A stretch of 64,000 nt of DNA from a virus (lineage: Duplodnaviria; Caudoviricetes), in IMG/VR virus record IMGVR_UViG_3300014205_000003, positions 1-64,000 of that record; one strand, 5' to 3'. Below are positions 8,968 to 18,820 of this stretch, one piece after another. The notes under the pieces were generated by a model that saw only the letters and a program-made list of their open reading frames with translations, searched no databases and was not told where the DNA came from. A program made the translations under genes and the position numbers. How positions within the stretch are numbered: the stretch's first letter is position 1; each line of letters opens with the position of its first letter.

Positions 8968-9468
8968 ATGGGTATCGCATCGACAATCCAAGCAGTTATT
9001 CGTGCAATAGCTAACTTCTTTGGGTACAAATACGATCCCAAGACAATCGCTAAGAAGGAAGCTAAGGAGACTGAAGTAGCCAACGCTAAGAACGCTAAGG
9101 CTATTCAAGACAAAGACGTTCCTAAGGTCAACACAAACCTGAAGGATATCCTGGATGGTAAACCTCTGCAGATTCTAGTGATCTGCTTTATCCTTACTAT
9201 GTGTACAGGGTGCTGGATTCACTTCGGAGACAATACGAAACCTCCAATCGTATACATTCCAATTGAGCAGAAGGCTACTCCTATTCCTAAGGACTCTGTA
9301 GTACTTCTGCGTCAAACTCTAGATGATGTTGTACACAACAAGAAGGTATTAGTAGAGACTGACGTGATAAGTTATACAGTGACAGACGGATGGTTCGTAC
9401 CGGACGGCGTTATGACTATTCTGATGGACAAAGCCAACAGGTGGAATGCTTCGCAAGTAGGCAAGTAA
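8968..9468 (+). CDS. Membrane protein or lipoprotein (internal lipobox-like CTGC), possibly spanin-like
   Basis: Hydrophobic ILVICFILTM followed by CTGC. Confidence 0.4.
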   Translation: MGIASTIQAVIRAIANFFGYKYDPKTIAKKEAKETEVANAKNAKAIQDKDVPKVNTNLKDILDGKPLQILVICFILTMCTGCWIHFGDNTKPPIVYIPIEQKATPIPKDSVVLLRQTLDDVVHNKKVLVETDVISYTVTDGWFVPDGVMTILMDKANRWNASQVGK

Positions 9469-9592
9469 CATGCTGAGAGCTTTAGCCAAACTGGTTGTAG
9501 ATCTTCTGCAGTCACCAATGGCTAAGACTTTCATAGCAATGGTTGTGCAAGAAGTCGTGTCTCAAGTGGTAGTCAAACTAAAGAGGTGTCTA

Positions 9593-9925
9593 ATGAACGC
9601 GTTCCTGAAAACTATCCTGAATGTCATCCTGCCGAAAGTCAACGTCAAACAAGTTGTTGCGATGTGTCTTGGATATCTGCTCAACAAACTCTTGAAGGGC
9701 AAGACTCCTGAACAGATCAAGGAAGCTACTGACATTGTGGATTGTGTCCTTGAGGGTGCTGTCGCTGCTAAGGCAGTAGTTGAGAAGGTCTCAGCAGTTG
9801 CTGCGGATGCTTCAGTCAGTTCTGTAGAGTCTGACGAAGTAGTTACTAGTGCTATGGATGCGTTCAAGGCTTGGGGACAGGCTGACAGTACTCCTGCGAA
9901 ATACAAAGAGTTGTTCCGCAAGTAA
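9593..9925 (+). CDS. Amphipathic hypothetical protein
   Basis: AGAGGTG RBS before ATG 9593; ORF could start at 9470. Confidence 0.5.
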   Translation: MNAFLKTILNVILPKVNVKQVVAMCLGYLLNKLLKGKTPEQIKEATDIVDCVLEGAVAAKAVVEKVSAVAADASVSSVESDEVVTSAMDAFKAWGQADSTPAKYKELFRK

Positions 9926-9947
9926 GTGAGTTAGTACAGATTCTTTC

Positions 9948-9982
9948 AGACCCTTCAAGCCCTATCCGGGTTGGAGGGTTTA
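9948..9982 (+). terminator. Rho-independent terminator
   Basis: AGACCCTTCAA..TTGGAGGGTTT hairpin after the stop at 9925. Confidence 0.6.
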
Positions 9983-10041
9983 TCTATTTGTAGAAGATGT
10001 CATATTAGATACCATCGATTCTTTTCTTTAGCTCTTAGTGG

Positions 10042-10060
10042 AAAAGTGCACATCTGTGCG
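10042..10060. repeat. Dispersed palindrome, copy 3
   Basis: AAAAGTGCACATCTGTGCG(CGGAA). Confidence 0.85.
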
Positions 10061-10073
10061 CGGAAGAACACAT

Positions 10074-10445
10074 ATGCAGAAACAGGCAATCTATTCTAAG
10101 GAAATGTACTTAGCTGCTAAGAAAGCTTTGGAGGGATTGAAGCGACTTGGTATGACTAAAGATTCTCCTGCAGTACGTATGATGCGCTTAAACACTATTA
10201 AGGACTTAGCCCTTGGAACTCGTAAAGAGAATAGTCTTGCTCGCTTAGGGTCTAGAGTTGCTAAACGAATTCCTCAACCTGTTAAACCTTTTCCAGAGTT
10301 TACCAAGTTGAAACGATCCGTAGGGATTACTCCAGACATTCCTTTACCTGATACAGGATATAATGTTCCTGAGGCTTTCAAATCTGTAGTAGATCCTAAG
10401 AAGTACTTGGAGTCCCTTAACCAGTTCGACTTCTCTGCAATATAG
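10074..10445 (+). CDS. Basic protein beginning MQKQA (KxA family)
   Basis: ORF; KxA motif at N-terminus. Confidence 0.5.
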   Translation: MQKQAIYSKEMYLAAKKALEGLKRLGMTKDSPAVRMMRLNTIKDLALGTRKENSLARLGSRVAKRIPQPVKPFPEFTKLKRSVGITPDIPLPDTGYNVPEAFKSVVDPKKYLESLNQFDFSAI

Positions 10446-10514
10446 TGAAAGTTCGTCGACACTTATATTAACTCAGTATCTGAAGTACTGTATTGTAGAC
10501 ACAAGAGGTTGGAC

Positions 10515-11363
10515 ATGGATACTCTTTTCGACGCTGTCTTAGGCAAACTTCGCATTCACGATATCGGCAACACTGGAGCAACAGGTCCTCAAGGTACTCC
10601 TGATGGTCCTACAGGTCCCACAGGTCCTCAAGGAAACACTGGAGCAGTTGCTTCTACAGGTCCAACAGGCGCTCAAGGTACTACAGGTCCTGCCGGAACT
10701 ACTGGTCCTCTTGGCTACACTGGCCCTACAGGTCCTCAAGGATCTACTGGAGCAGGCACTACAGGCGCTACGGGTCCTCAAGGTGGTAGTGGAGCCACTG
10801 GAGCTACTGGTGCAGGTACTACAGGCGCTACAGGCCCTATTGGCTTAACTGGGGGACAAGGCTTTACTGGAGCTGGTACTACAGGAGCTACTGGTCCTAC
10901 CGGACTAACTGGTGGAACAGGCAGTACTGGTCCTACAGGTGCTGGTACTACTGGAGCAACAGGCCCTCAAGGAGCAACTGGCGCAGATCAGAAGCTCTAC
11001 AGATATGCTGTAAGTGCAGCTTCTGGCGAAGATGTCGTAGTCCTTGCCTCTGGCACAGGCATTACATATGCTCGCGTCAGCAATGTAGGAACCTTTACGA
11101 TTCCTGCAAACGTTCGACTTGTGTCTGCTATGTTGCGTATTCCTTCAGACGTTCAAGTTCTGGGAGTCTTTACTGTAGATACTGGAACTGTTGACATGGC
11201 TAATACAGGTAATGCTGATCGTTGGCAACCTATTGGAAGTGCTATACGAGAAGACACTGGCGCTGTACAAGCTATGACGATTGCTTTTGGGTCAACTGCT
11301 TCAAAGTACGACTTGAACAACATGAACACGACTACTACAACGCATGTGCGTTTGACTTTCTAA
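10515..11363 (+). CDS. Collagen-like (G-x-T/G-P-Q) fibre protein
   Basis: Long [10 protein letters not shown] tract and beta-rich C-terminal domain. Confidence 0.85.
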   Translation: MDTLFDAVLGKLRIHDIGNTGATGPQGTPDGPTGPTGPQGNTGAVASTGPTGAQGTTGPAGTTGPLGYTGPTGPQGSTGAGTTGATGPQGGSGATGATGAGTTGATGPIGLTGGQGFTGAGTTGATGPTGLTGGTGSTGPTGAGTTGATGPQGATGADQKLYRYAVSAASGEDVVVLASGTGITYARVSNVGTFTIPANVRLVSAMLRIPSDVQVLGVFTVDTGTVDMANTGNADRWQPIGSAIREDTGAVQAMTIAFGSTASKYDLNNMNTTTTTHVRLTF

Positions 11364-11402
11364 GTAGTGGTTGTTCATATATCTACTAGGATCTAAGCAG
11401 AC

Positions 11403-12338
11403 ATGAGTACTACTCTGTTTCAAGCTCGCTATGAAGTTGTAAGCATTACAGAGATTACTCCAGGTACTTTGTGGCAACTCTACGGACGGATCTACGATTC
11501 TAGTGGATCTGGATTCTCTCCTGCAGATGCGTCTGTAGGGAATTTAGTCTTCGACGAAGATCTCAGTTACTATGTTGGTACAACTAACTGTTGGAAGGTT
11601 TCCGACATTGTTGCTGCAGGTCCGGGAACAGCACTAACTGTTCAAGTAGTGTACAACGAGACTGGAGATCCTGGAGGATTGGGACAGCCTCTTCCTGGAA
11701 GTTCTATCATCTGCGCTGCTGTAGGAACTTCTGATCTCTCTCAAGTAGCTGCTCCGGGCTGGACTCAAGTAAGTGAGACACTTGTCAATGCTGTAAGAAA
11801 CTACGACAATCGGAAAGATGCTGGAGGTACTGGAGGAGAAGGAGCTACAGGACCTCAAGGAGCAACAGGACCTATTGGAGAAACTGGAGCAACAGGTGCA
11901 GCTTCTACAGCTCCTGTAATCTACCTAGATTTTCAGCAAGCATCTGCCCCTACAGGACCCTCTATTGGCGACACTAGAATCTTCGCTTCAGAGGTTGGTA
12001 AGCTGTATATTCAATCTTCTACAGGGCCTTCTGCGTACTTTGGAGGAGCAACTGGACCAACAGCTTTTGGTAATATCTCTGGAAGTGTTTCTCTTACTCT
12101 TGAAAAAGATATGACACATACAGCGTCTATTACAGGAGCTGTTACAGATTGGACAATTGCTGGACTAATCGATGGAGACAGTGCTGCAATCATATTGACG
12201 AATGCTGAGGCAAGCGTAGTAGCTACAACAGGGTTGACAGCTTGGATAGGAGCTTCAGCAGCTCTCACAAACATTGCAACAGACGGCATTGAAGTAATTG
12301 TAAAGCGTAGAGGAGATACCTACTATGCGATTTGCTAG
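11403..12338 (+). CDS. Virion structural or fibre protein with short collagen-like tract
   Basis: [19 protein letters not shown]; T/G/S/A-rich. Confidence 0.7.
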   Translation: MSTTLFQARYEVVSITEITPGTLWQLYGRIYDSSGSGFSPADASVGNLVFDEDLSYYVGTTNCWKVSDIVAAGPGTALTVQVVYNETGDPGGLGQPLPGSSIICAAVGTSDLSQVAAPGWTQVSETLVNAVRNYDNRKDAGGTGGEGATGPQGATGPIGETGATGAASTAPVIYLDFQQASAPTGPSIGDTRIFASEVGKLYIQSSTGPSAYFGGATGPTAFGNISGSVSLTLEKDMTHTASITGAVTDWTIAGLIDGDSAAIILTNAEASVVATTGLTAWIGASAALTNIATDGIEVIVKRRGDTYYAIC

Positions 12339-12975
12339 ACACGCCGCATTGTTGGCACAGCACCGCCGATCCTCGCCATGGTGGCTCGCTGGCGGTGTTG
12401 ACCCCTCTAATACCGTGTGGGCGTATCAACCCAAAGGCGCCGCAGACTTGGCCACGTCCTACATCAATCTTGCCAGTCCTGACACGTACGACGCCGCGCC
12501 TGGCGTAGCTCCGACTCATGCCCCGGAAACGGGATGGTACACCAACGGCAGCAAATGGCTGTCAACAGGGTACGTTTTGCCGGCATCGCAGACGCATTCG
12601 CTGGTCGTGCGATTTGCGGGCTGCACCGTAAACAACGACGTGCATGCACTGGTCGCCACATATCCCGGATTAAGCATCTACAACGACGCTGGAAATGTGA
12701 TCGCTTTTACGCTCGGCATTTCCCAGATAACATCGGCGCCAGGAATGACCGACGGTGTGCTCGGTGTTGCAGGTAGAGACTGTTTTAAAAACGGAGTATA
12801 CCTTGGCACCACAAGCGAGTCGGATAGAGCACCTTCCGCTTCGCCCATAAATCTTCTTGGCTTGCCGGACTATGGGCAAATGATGATCGGCTACATGTAC
12901 GCTGCCGCGCTCTACTCGACGATCATTACCGCCGATCAGCAACTTGCCATCACGGAGGCTGTAAATGATCTATGA
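12325..12975 (+). CDS. LamG/concanavalin-like beta-sandwich, candidate receptor-binding protein
   Basis: C-terminal GYMYAAALYSTIITADQQLAI resembles the LamG terminus; GC-rich segment. Confidence 0.55.
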   Translation: MRFARHAALLAQHRRSSPWWLAGGVDPSNTVWAYQPKGAADLATSYINLASPDTYDAAPGVAPTHAPETGWYTNGSKWLSTGYVLPASQTHSLVVRFAGCTVNNDVHALVATYPGLSIYNDAGNVIAFTLGISQITSAPGMTDGVLGVAGRDCFKNGVYLGTTSESDRAPSASPINLLGLPDYGQMMIGYMYAAALYSTIITADQQLAITEAVNDL

Positions 12976-13378
12976 CTACACGCATAACGGCTCCCCCCGC
13001 GTTGTCTCCCGCCCCGCCACCGGGTGCATGTATCTGGACGGCGTGAGCATCCCGTCCGGCGCCACGGACGTACAGCTTGCCGCGCTTGGCCTGACGCCGC
13101 ACGTTGAGCCGCCTGCACAACCTCCTGCGGATCCTCAGACATTGAAGAGTCTTGGCTTGAAGCAATCAGAGAATCGCTTCATTCTCTTCTGCCGATCTCT
13201 CAACCTTCCAGACGTTGCTGGTTCTGCGGACTTTGAAGGTCTTGCACAGGATATGGAGGTTGCTGGTCTGCAAGCAGAGGCTATGGTTATATCTATCAAA
13301 GCCTTAGCTCTTATCAACGATGTGACTCAAAACAATGGTAAGTGGTCAGACATAGCTTTCCATCCTGAGATCATATGA
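12965..13378 (+). CDS. Tail-fibre-associated hypothetical protein (chimeric composition)
   Basis: GGAGG RBS; GC-rich 5' part, native-composition 3' part. Confidence 0.5.
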   Translation: MIYDYTHNGSPRVVSRPATGCMYLDGVSIPSGATDVQLAALGLTPHVEPPAQPPADPQTLKSLGLKQSENRFILFCRSLNLPDVAGSADFEGLAQDMEVAGLQAEAMVISIKALALINDVTQNNGKWSDIAFHPEII

Positions 13379-13473
13379 AGCTCTCTCCACAACTCAAAGA
13401 ATTCCTGATGTGGTTCGTAGGAATTCTCATTACCCTTATCTACATCTTCGCGATCTACAGGTTGACATCATGA
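13375..13473 (+). CDS. 32-aa single-TM protein (not in ORF track)
   Basis: MKLSPQLKEFLMWFVGILITLIYIFAIYRLTS; ATGA overlaps at both ends. Confidence 0.55.
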   Translation: MKLSPQLKEFLMWFVGILITLIYIFAIYRLTS

Positions 13474-13610
13474 ACGAGTCAAAAGAATCTAAAGAAGCTT
13501 TTCGCTGGTTCATCTCTTTTATTGTCTTCACACTTGTAACCTTCTTCATTGTTTCTCTTGCTTGTGGATGTGCTCACATACATATCGTTCACAATCCTGT
13601 AACCATGTAG
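13470..13610 (+). CDS. Small TM protein or lipoprotein
   Basis: MNESKES..FISFIVFTLVTFFIVSLACGC. Confidence 0.5.
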   Translation: MNESKESKEAFRWFISFIVFTLVTFFIVSLACGCAHIHIVHNPVTM

Positions 13611-13621
13611 GAGACTTGCAG

Positions 13622-14428
13622 ATGAATCTCTTTACTTCTCTCTGGAGGAAGTTCATATTTTTCACTGGAGATGTAAGGAGACTGCACAAGTTTCCCTATG
13701 TGACTTGGGACACAGAAGAAAACGAACTGACCTACAGAGAGTGCTGTGAAGCCTTAACCTTAGTCAAAGCAGGTGATGTAGGTCTTCACAGAGACAGAGG
13801 CTTCCTCAGCAATCTTGCTATTCCTGGATGCTTCAAACATGCTTGGATCTTTGTTACAGGCTCCAATGGTAACGACATTACAGACTGCATGATTGTCGAA
13901 GCTACCTCCGACGGAGTAATTCATCGACATGCCATGTATCCTATGTGGGCAGACTTCGACATTATCCTTCGTCCAAAGAACATTACCAAAGACTGCATCG
14001 ACAAAGCTGTAGGGAAAGCTCGTTCTATCATTGGACATCCTTACGACATCTTCTTTCGCTTCAATGTAGAAGAAGAGCTCGATAAGCTTCAAACGATAGA
14101 CATTGATCAAGATGGAAAGGCTGCAGCTAAACAGTTTGAAACTTTCGATATGGCCTTCAGCTGTACTGAAGTGGTTGCTTACAGTTATTGGCATGTACGT
14201 AATGCACTTCAGATCTTTCGTACAGGATCGATGGGGAAGAAGGTTATCCTTGCAGACTCATATGTAAATCCAGCTTGGGAAATCATATATGTTTCTCCCA
14301 ACTTGACCTTAGAGCAAGCAGCAGAGTTTGGACTTCCTGAAGAAGGACTTGAGCAGTTAAAGTTCTACTGGCAAAAGAAAACCCCTAGTAAGCTATTTGA
14401 CACAAGCCTTTTAAGCGATAAATTGTAA
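13622..14428 (+). CDS. Permuted papain-like NlpC/P60 (YiiX/YebB-like) enzyme
   Basis: KAGDV, FKHAWI, IVEA, IGHPYD and FSCTEVV (His before Cys). Confidence 0.8.
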   Translation: MNLFTSLWRKFIFFTGDVRRLHKFPYVTWDTEENELTYRECCEALTLVKAGDVGLHRDRGFLSNLAIPGCFKHAWIFVTGSNGNDITDCMIVEATSDGVIHRHAMYPMWADFDIILRPKNITKDCIDKAVGKARSIIGHPYDIFFRFNVEEELDKLQTIDIDQDGKAAAKQFETFDMAFSCTEVVAYSYWHVRNALQIFRTGSMGKKVILADSYVNPAWEIIYVSPNLTLEQAAEFGLPEEGLEQLKFYWQKKTPSKLFDTSLLSDKL

Positions 14429-14433
14429 TTACT

Positions 14434-14880
14434 ATGTCGAACTGCAAGAATCAACGCTTCGAACAAATTCTCCAGCGACTCGACACGTTGTACAGTGCTG
14501 GAGACTTGTACAGACGTTCTCCTACACGCTTTCCAATTCCTGGCTTAGATGATAAGAGCTGGGAACGCTTTACTTCATTGGTGTCATTCTTCCGTGCTTA
14601 TTACAGCAATGCCAATCGTTGGAAGGTTGTTCCTTTCCTCATTGGTCCATACGACGGAAGAAACTGGTGGGGCATCATAACGTTTATCCGTAAGGATGTC
14701 TTCTATGGAAACATCGACGAAGCTCTGACAATACTTATCCATGAAGCCCAACATGACTGGATACAGTTTGGAGCAGATATTCCACACAGCAAGCCGGGAT
14801 ACAAGTGGGATGAACTAATAGGCGATGGGATCTCTGCTTGTGTATGTGCTTTGCGAGTGCAAGCTGAGCACAAAACTTGA
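14434..14880 (+). CDS. HExxH metallopeptidase-like protein
   Basis: ILIHEAQHD. Confidence 0.5.
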   Translation: MSNCKNQRFEQILQRLDTLYSAGDLYRRSPTRFPIPGLDDKSWERFTSLVSFFRAYYSNANRWKVVPFLIGPYDGRNWWGIITFIRKDVFYGNIDEALTILIHEAQHDWIQFGADIPHSKPGYKWDELIGDGISACVCALRVQAEHKT

Positions 14881-14905
14881 GAAAAGTGCACATCTGTGCG
14901 TTTTT
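14881..14905. repeat. Dispersed palindrome, copy 4
   Basis: GAAAAGTGCACATCTGTGCGTTTTT immediately after a stop codon. Confidence 0.9.
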
Positions 14906-14926
14906 CTCTCTATCTGAAAGCTCTAT

Positions 14927-15712
14927 ATGCTAGATCTCTCTGATGTAACCTTTGTCATGCGGTACAAGCACGACTCCAATGAGCGCATGTACAACATTCG
15001 AAGCATCATCAACTGGCTGCAGACAGACTTCGACACACACATCACTCTTGTAGAGCAGTCTGCAGATTCATTCGCACTCAAGGACATCTTAGGTATTCAG
15101 CACATACCGTTTGTGTCTGAGAATAAGTTGATTCAGATGACTGCGATGAATAATGCAGCTTTAGGCAGGGTAAAGACCCCTTTTACGGCCATTTTGGATG
15201 CAGATGCGTGTACTCGTACATCGAGTATTCAGAAGGCCTTGTACTTGCTTCGCTCTGACATTGCTGACGTAGTCTATCCTTACAGGAACCGTTTTGTCAA
15301 TGTGCCTCGTCACATCTTCGAGGGGTCTTCGAATGTAGTCAAGTCTGTCTTGGAAGGTCCTTTGTCTACATATCCAGTAGTGAGTATTACATCTGTTGGA
15401 GGACTCGTCTTCGCTTCTACAGAGAAATACAAAGCTTCTGGAGGAGACAACCAAAAGATTGAAGGTTGGGGCTACGAAGATGTAGAGCGCTTCTCCAGAT
15501 GGAACAAGCTAGGCCTTCGTGTACTTCAGGGAACTGCTCAAGAAGACATACTATTTCACTTAGATCATCCTAGAGGGATCAATTCTGGATACGATCACGA
15601 GATGATCTCTATGAATCAAGCAGAATACGAGAAAGTCTTTCAGATGCCTCAATCGCAATTGAAAGCCTACATAAGGACTTGGTCATGGACTCAAAACTTC
15701 AAGTCGGAGTAA
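14927..15712 (+). CDS. GT-A glycosyltransferase, GT7/galactosyltransferase-like
   Basis: DADA, VGG, GWGYEDVE and FHLDH motifs. Confidence 0.85.
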   Translation: MLDLSDVTFVMRYKHDSNERMYNIRSIINWLQTDFDTHITLVEQSADSFALKDILGIQHIPFVSENKLIQMTAMNNAALGRVKTPFTAILDADACTRTSSIQKALYLLRSDIADVVYPYRNRFVNVPRHIFEGSSNVVKSVLEGPLSTYPVVSITSVGGLVFASTEKYKASGGDNQKIEGWGYEDVERFSRWNKLGLRVLQGTAQEDILFHLDHPRGINSGYDHEMISMNQAEYEKVFQMPQSQLKAYIRTWSWTQNFKSE

Positions 15713-16434
15713 TATTCCTAGGCACTTCCAACTACACGCAGTTCCTTCCTGCATGGGTTCAATCTGTGTGCGCAAATCTATTGGTGAACACGGATAGACA
15801 CTTAGTACTGCTTACAGACGACCACGAGAGAAGTGAGCAGACTGCCCTGGAGTTTGCAGATTTACCTATCCAATCATATCATGTAGACCACGAAGAGTGG
15901 CCACTGGTTACTCTTAACAGATATAAGAACCTGTTGAGCTATTCAGAGCAGCTCTTAGACCTTGACTTGCTTGTCTATCTAGACGCAGACATGAGTGTAG
16001 TGAAGGATGTAGACCTCAACGATCTCTTAGGAGGTAAGAGGCTCTTTTCTGTAACACATCCAGGACTCTGTATAGGTGACTTGGGTGATGTTGAACAGAA
16101 TCCGCAGTCGTGCGCGTATATCTCTAACAGAGATCCTAAAGTTTCTGCATATTGTCAAGGATGTCTGTGGGGCGGATATAAGCCGTTCATATGGGATTTG
16201 ATTGCAACTTGTGCAGAGTGGACTCAGCAAGATTGGGACAGGAAGATAATTGCTAAGTGGCACGACGAGTCCTACCTGAACAGATATATGTACGAGCACC
16301 GTAGTGATAAGTATTTAGCTCCTCCTTCGTTTGCATATCCTGAGAAGTGGAAACTTGACTTCGAGCCGGTTATCATTCATCGTCACAAACTTCAGACAAT
16401 CTTTCCAAGATTTCCTGGAGGAGTTGTCTCATGA
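15685..16434 (+). CDS. GT6-family alpha-1,3-Gal/GalNAc transferase (ABO-like)
   Basis: WPLVTLNRY, YLDADM and AKWHDESYLNRY signature. Confidence 0.85.
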   Translation: MDSKLQVGVIFLGTSNYTQFLPAWVQSVCANLLVNTDRHLVLLTDDHERSEQTALEFADLPIQSYHVDHEEWPLVTLNRYKNLLSYSEQLLDLDLLVYLDADMSVVKDVDLNDLLGGKRLFSVTHPGLCIGDLGDVEQNPQSCAYISNRDPKVSAYCQGCLWGGYKPFIWDLIATCAEWTQQDWDRKIIAKWHDESYLNRYMYEHRSDKYLAPPSFAYPEKWKLDFEPVIIHRHKLQTIFPRFPGGVVS

Positions 16435-17210
16435 TCGACATGTCTGACTTCACCTTTTGTATTCCCTGCAAGATTGACACTCCAGCGCGTCAGGAGAACT
16501 TAAACGATACGATTGACTTTCTTACCAAGCACATCAAGACAAACATCTTGGTTGGCGAACTCGATACTATACAGAAGTGTAAAGTTTCTGTCAGTGTACA
16601 ACACTTGTTCTTCAAGGACACTAAGACTTATTGGGATCGTACAGGACTTAGGAACAAACTTTTCCAAGAGGTAAAGACTCCTTATCTTGTCAATCACGAC
16701 ATGGACATCTTTACAACTCTCAGTGCTTGGGAGAGAACTGCAAAGATCTGCAGAAGCAACAAGTACAGCTTTGTCTTTCCCTACAACGGGATTTGCTACT
16801 ACGCAGACAGAAGCTTCAGGAAGGCCATTCTAGACACTTGTGCATCGAACCAGCACTTGTACCACTCTTCCTTCAAGTACACGCCTGCAGTGATCCCTGG
16901 AGGCTCTGTAGCGTGTCGTAGAGATCATTGTCTGGAGTTTGGTGGAGAGAATGAGAATTTTCGAAGTTGGGGATGGGAGGATTGGGAGCGATGGGTTCGC
17001 TGGGAAACGCTTGGATACAACTGGAGTCGAGTAAGTCTTCCAGAAGCTGTTATCTATCACATTGCACATCCAACCCCTCCAGATTCCTCCAGAGCTAATC
17101 CTTATGCAGTAAGCAACGAAGCTTTGTACAAGTGGATTAAGACGTTGAGTAAAGAGCAACTCGAAGAGCAGATCAACATGTGGCCTTGGAGAAAGAACTT
17201 CAAACTATGA
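16431..17210 (+). CDS. GT7-like glycosyltransferase
   Basis: HDMD, GGENENFRSWGWEDWER, YHIAH. Confidence 0.85.
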   Translation: MIDMSDFTFCIPCKIDTPARQENLNDTIDFLTKHIKTNILVGELDTIQKCKVSVSVQHLFFKDTKTYWDRTGLRNKLFQEVKTPYLVNHDMDIFTTLSAWERTAKICRSNKYSFVFPYNGICYYADRSFRKAILDTCASNQHLYHSSFKYTPAVIPGGSVACRRDHCLEFGGENENFRSWGWEDWERWVRWETLGYNWSRVSLPEAVIYHIAHPTPPDSSRANPYAVSNEALYKWIKTLSKEQLEEQINMWPWRKNFKL

Positions 17211-17989
17211 TCGACATGTCTGACTTCACCTTTTGTATTCCCTGTAAGATTGACACTCCAGAGCGTCAGGAGAACTTGAGGATAAACCTTGAGTACATGA
17301 CGCAGAATGTCAAAGCTACTTATCTGGTTGGAGAACTGGACGAAGCTCCTAAAGCAGTTGTGCTTAAGCATCCGAGTGTTCAACACATATTCACTAAGTC
17401 TACCGAAAGTTTCTTTTATCGTACAAGGCTGCTGAATAGTCTGTTTACGCAAAGCAAAACTTCTTTTGTTGTCAATTACGACTTAGATGTTCTGATACCG
17501 CTCAGCAGTTGGAAGATGACTGCAACACTGCTTAGAACAACAGTCTACAGCTTCGTGTATCCTTACAACGGCATCTTCTACTTCTGTCCTCGTACGTATA
17601 TAGACGGAGCTCTGAAGGCTTGCACAGAAGGCACGCACTTGTTCAGTAAAGACTTCCTGTATGCAGGACATACGTCTTATGGAGGTGCTGTAGCCGCAAG
17701 TAGAAAAGATTACCTTGCAATGGGTGGAGAGAACGAGAACTTCAAGTCTTGGGGATGTGAAGACTGGGAGCGGATGTGTCGTTGGCAAGCCCTGCAGTAT
17801 CGTTGGACACGTGTAAGCGCACCTGAAGCTGTTCTCTATCATATGAATCATCCAATGCTTGCAGACTCAAGTAAAGGAAATCCTTACTACACTGCAAACG
17901 AGAACGAATACTTTCGACTTCAGCGAATGACTACGGAAGAGATGCAAGCACATGTAAACAGTTGGTCGTGGAAGAAAGGACTTTCTTAG
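17207..17989 (+). CDS. GT7-like glycosyltransferase (paralog of 16431)
   Basis: YDLD, GGENENFKSWGCEDWER, YHMNH. Confidence 0.85.
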   Translation: MIDMSDFTFCIPCKIDTPERQENLRINLEYMTQNVKATYLVGELDEAPKAVVLKHPSVQHIFTKSTESFFYRTRLLNSLFTQSKTSFVVNYDLDVLIPLSSWKMTATLLRTTVYSFVYPYNGIFYFCPRTYIDGALKACTEGTHLFSKDFLYAGHTSYGGAVAASRKDYLAMGGENENFKSWGCEDWERMCRWQALQYRWTRVSAPEAVLYHMNHPMLADSSKGNPYYTANENEYFRLQRMTTEEMQAHVNSWSWKKGLS

Positions 17990-18778
17990 ATGTTTACCTT
18001 TTCTCGCTTGGGAAACTATGGGCGTTTAGGAAATCAACTCTTTCAAATAGCAAGTACTACAGGACAAGCTTTACTCCATGAAGAGGACGTAACTTTCCCT
18101 CCTTGGAAGTACAGCGAGTGTTTCGACTATCCTTTTCCTTCATATCCTGTAACAGGTTCCGTTAAGACATATGAAGAACCTTGTTATGCTTATCGTCCAG
18201 TTCCTTCCTATTCGCCAAATGTGACAAACCTCTTTGGATACTTTCAAAGTTGGAAGTACTTCAAGCATTGTGAACAGTCCATTCGACGCATGTTCACTCC
18301 TACAGCACGCTTGTTAGGAGAAGTCGCGCAGTTGTATCCACAGATCTTAAAGGAAGAGGACACTTGTTCTATTCATGTGCGCAGAGGTGATTATTTAACT
18401 ACATGTCGGGGTTGCTTTACAGAATTGAACCCCTATGGTTACTACTCAGCTGCTATGCGTGAAGTAGATACAGGCTCTACAAAGTTCTATCTCTTCTCAG
18501 ACGAACCTGTATGGTGTCAGATGCACTTCAGACATCCTCGAATGACCATCGTAAGAACCTCTCAAGATATCTACGACTTTACCTTGATGTCTCTCTGCAA
18601 GAACAACATCATAGCTAATAGTAGTTTCTCCTGGTGGGCAGCTTGGCTAAATCCACATCCCTCCCACAGAGTAATCGCTGCAAACTTCAACAAGTGGTTC
18701 ACAGGACCTTTAGCAAATCACGATGTATCGGACCTCATCCCTCCAGCTTGGCAGCAGATTTCTCCTACCGGAAGCTAA
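17990..18778 (+). CDS. GT11 alpha-1,2-fucosyltransferase
   Basis: GRLGNQLFQ, GYFQSWKYF, SIHVRRGDY and IIANSSFSWWAAWL. Confidence 0.92.
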   Translation: MFTFSRLGNYGRLGNQLFQIASTTGQALLHEEDVTFPPWKYSECFDYPFPSYPVTGSVKTYEEPCYAYRPVPSYSPNVTNLFGYFQSWKYFKHCEQSIRRMFTPTARLLGEVAQLYPQILKEEDTCSIHVRRGDYLTTCRGCFTELNPYGYYSAAMREVDTGSTKFYLFSDEPVWCQMHFRHPRMTIVRTSQDIYDFTLMSLCKNNIIANSSFSWWAAWLNPHPSHRVIAANFNKWFTGPLANHDVSDLIPPAWQQISPTGS

Positions 18779-18820
18779 ATTAAGACTTACAACAAGTTGA
18801 GCGGAAAGGATTTTCTCCAT

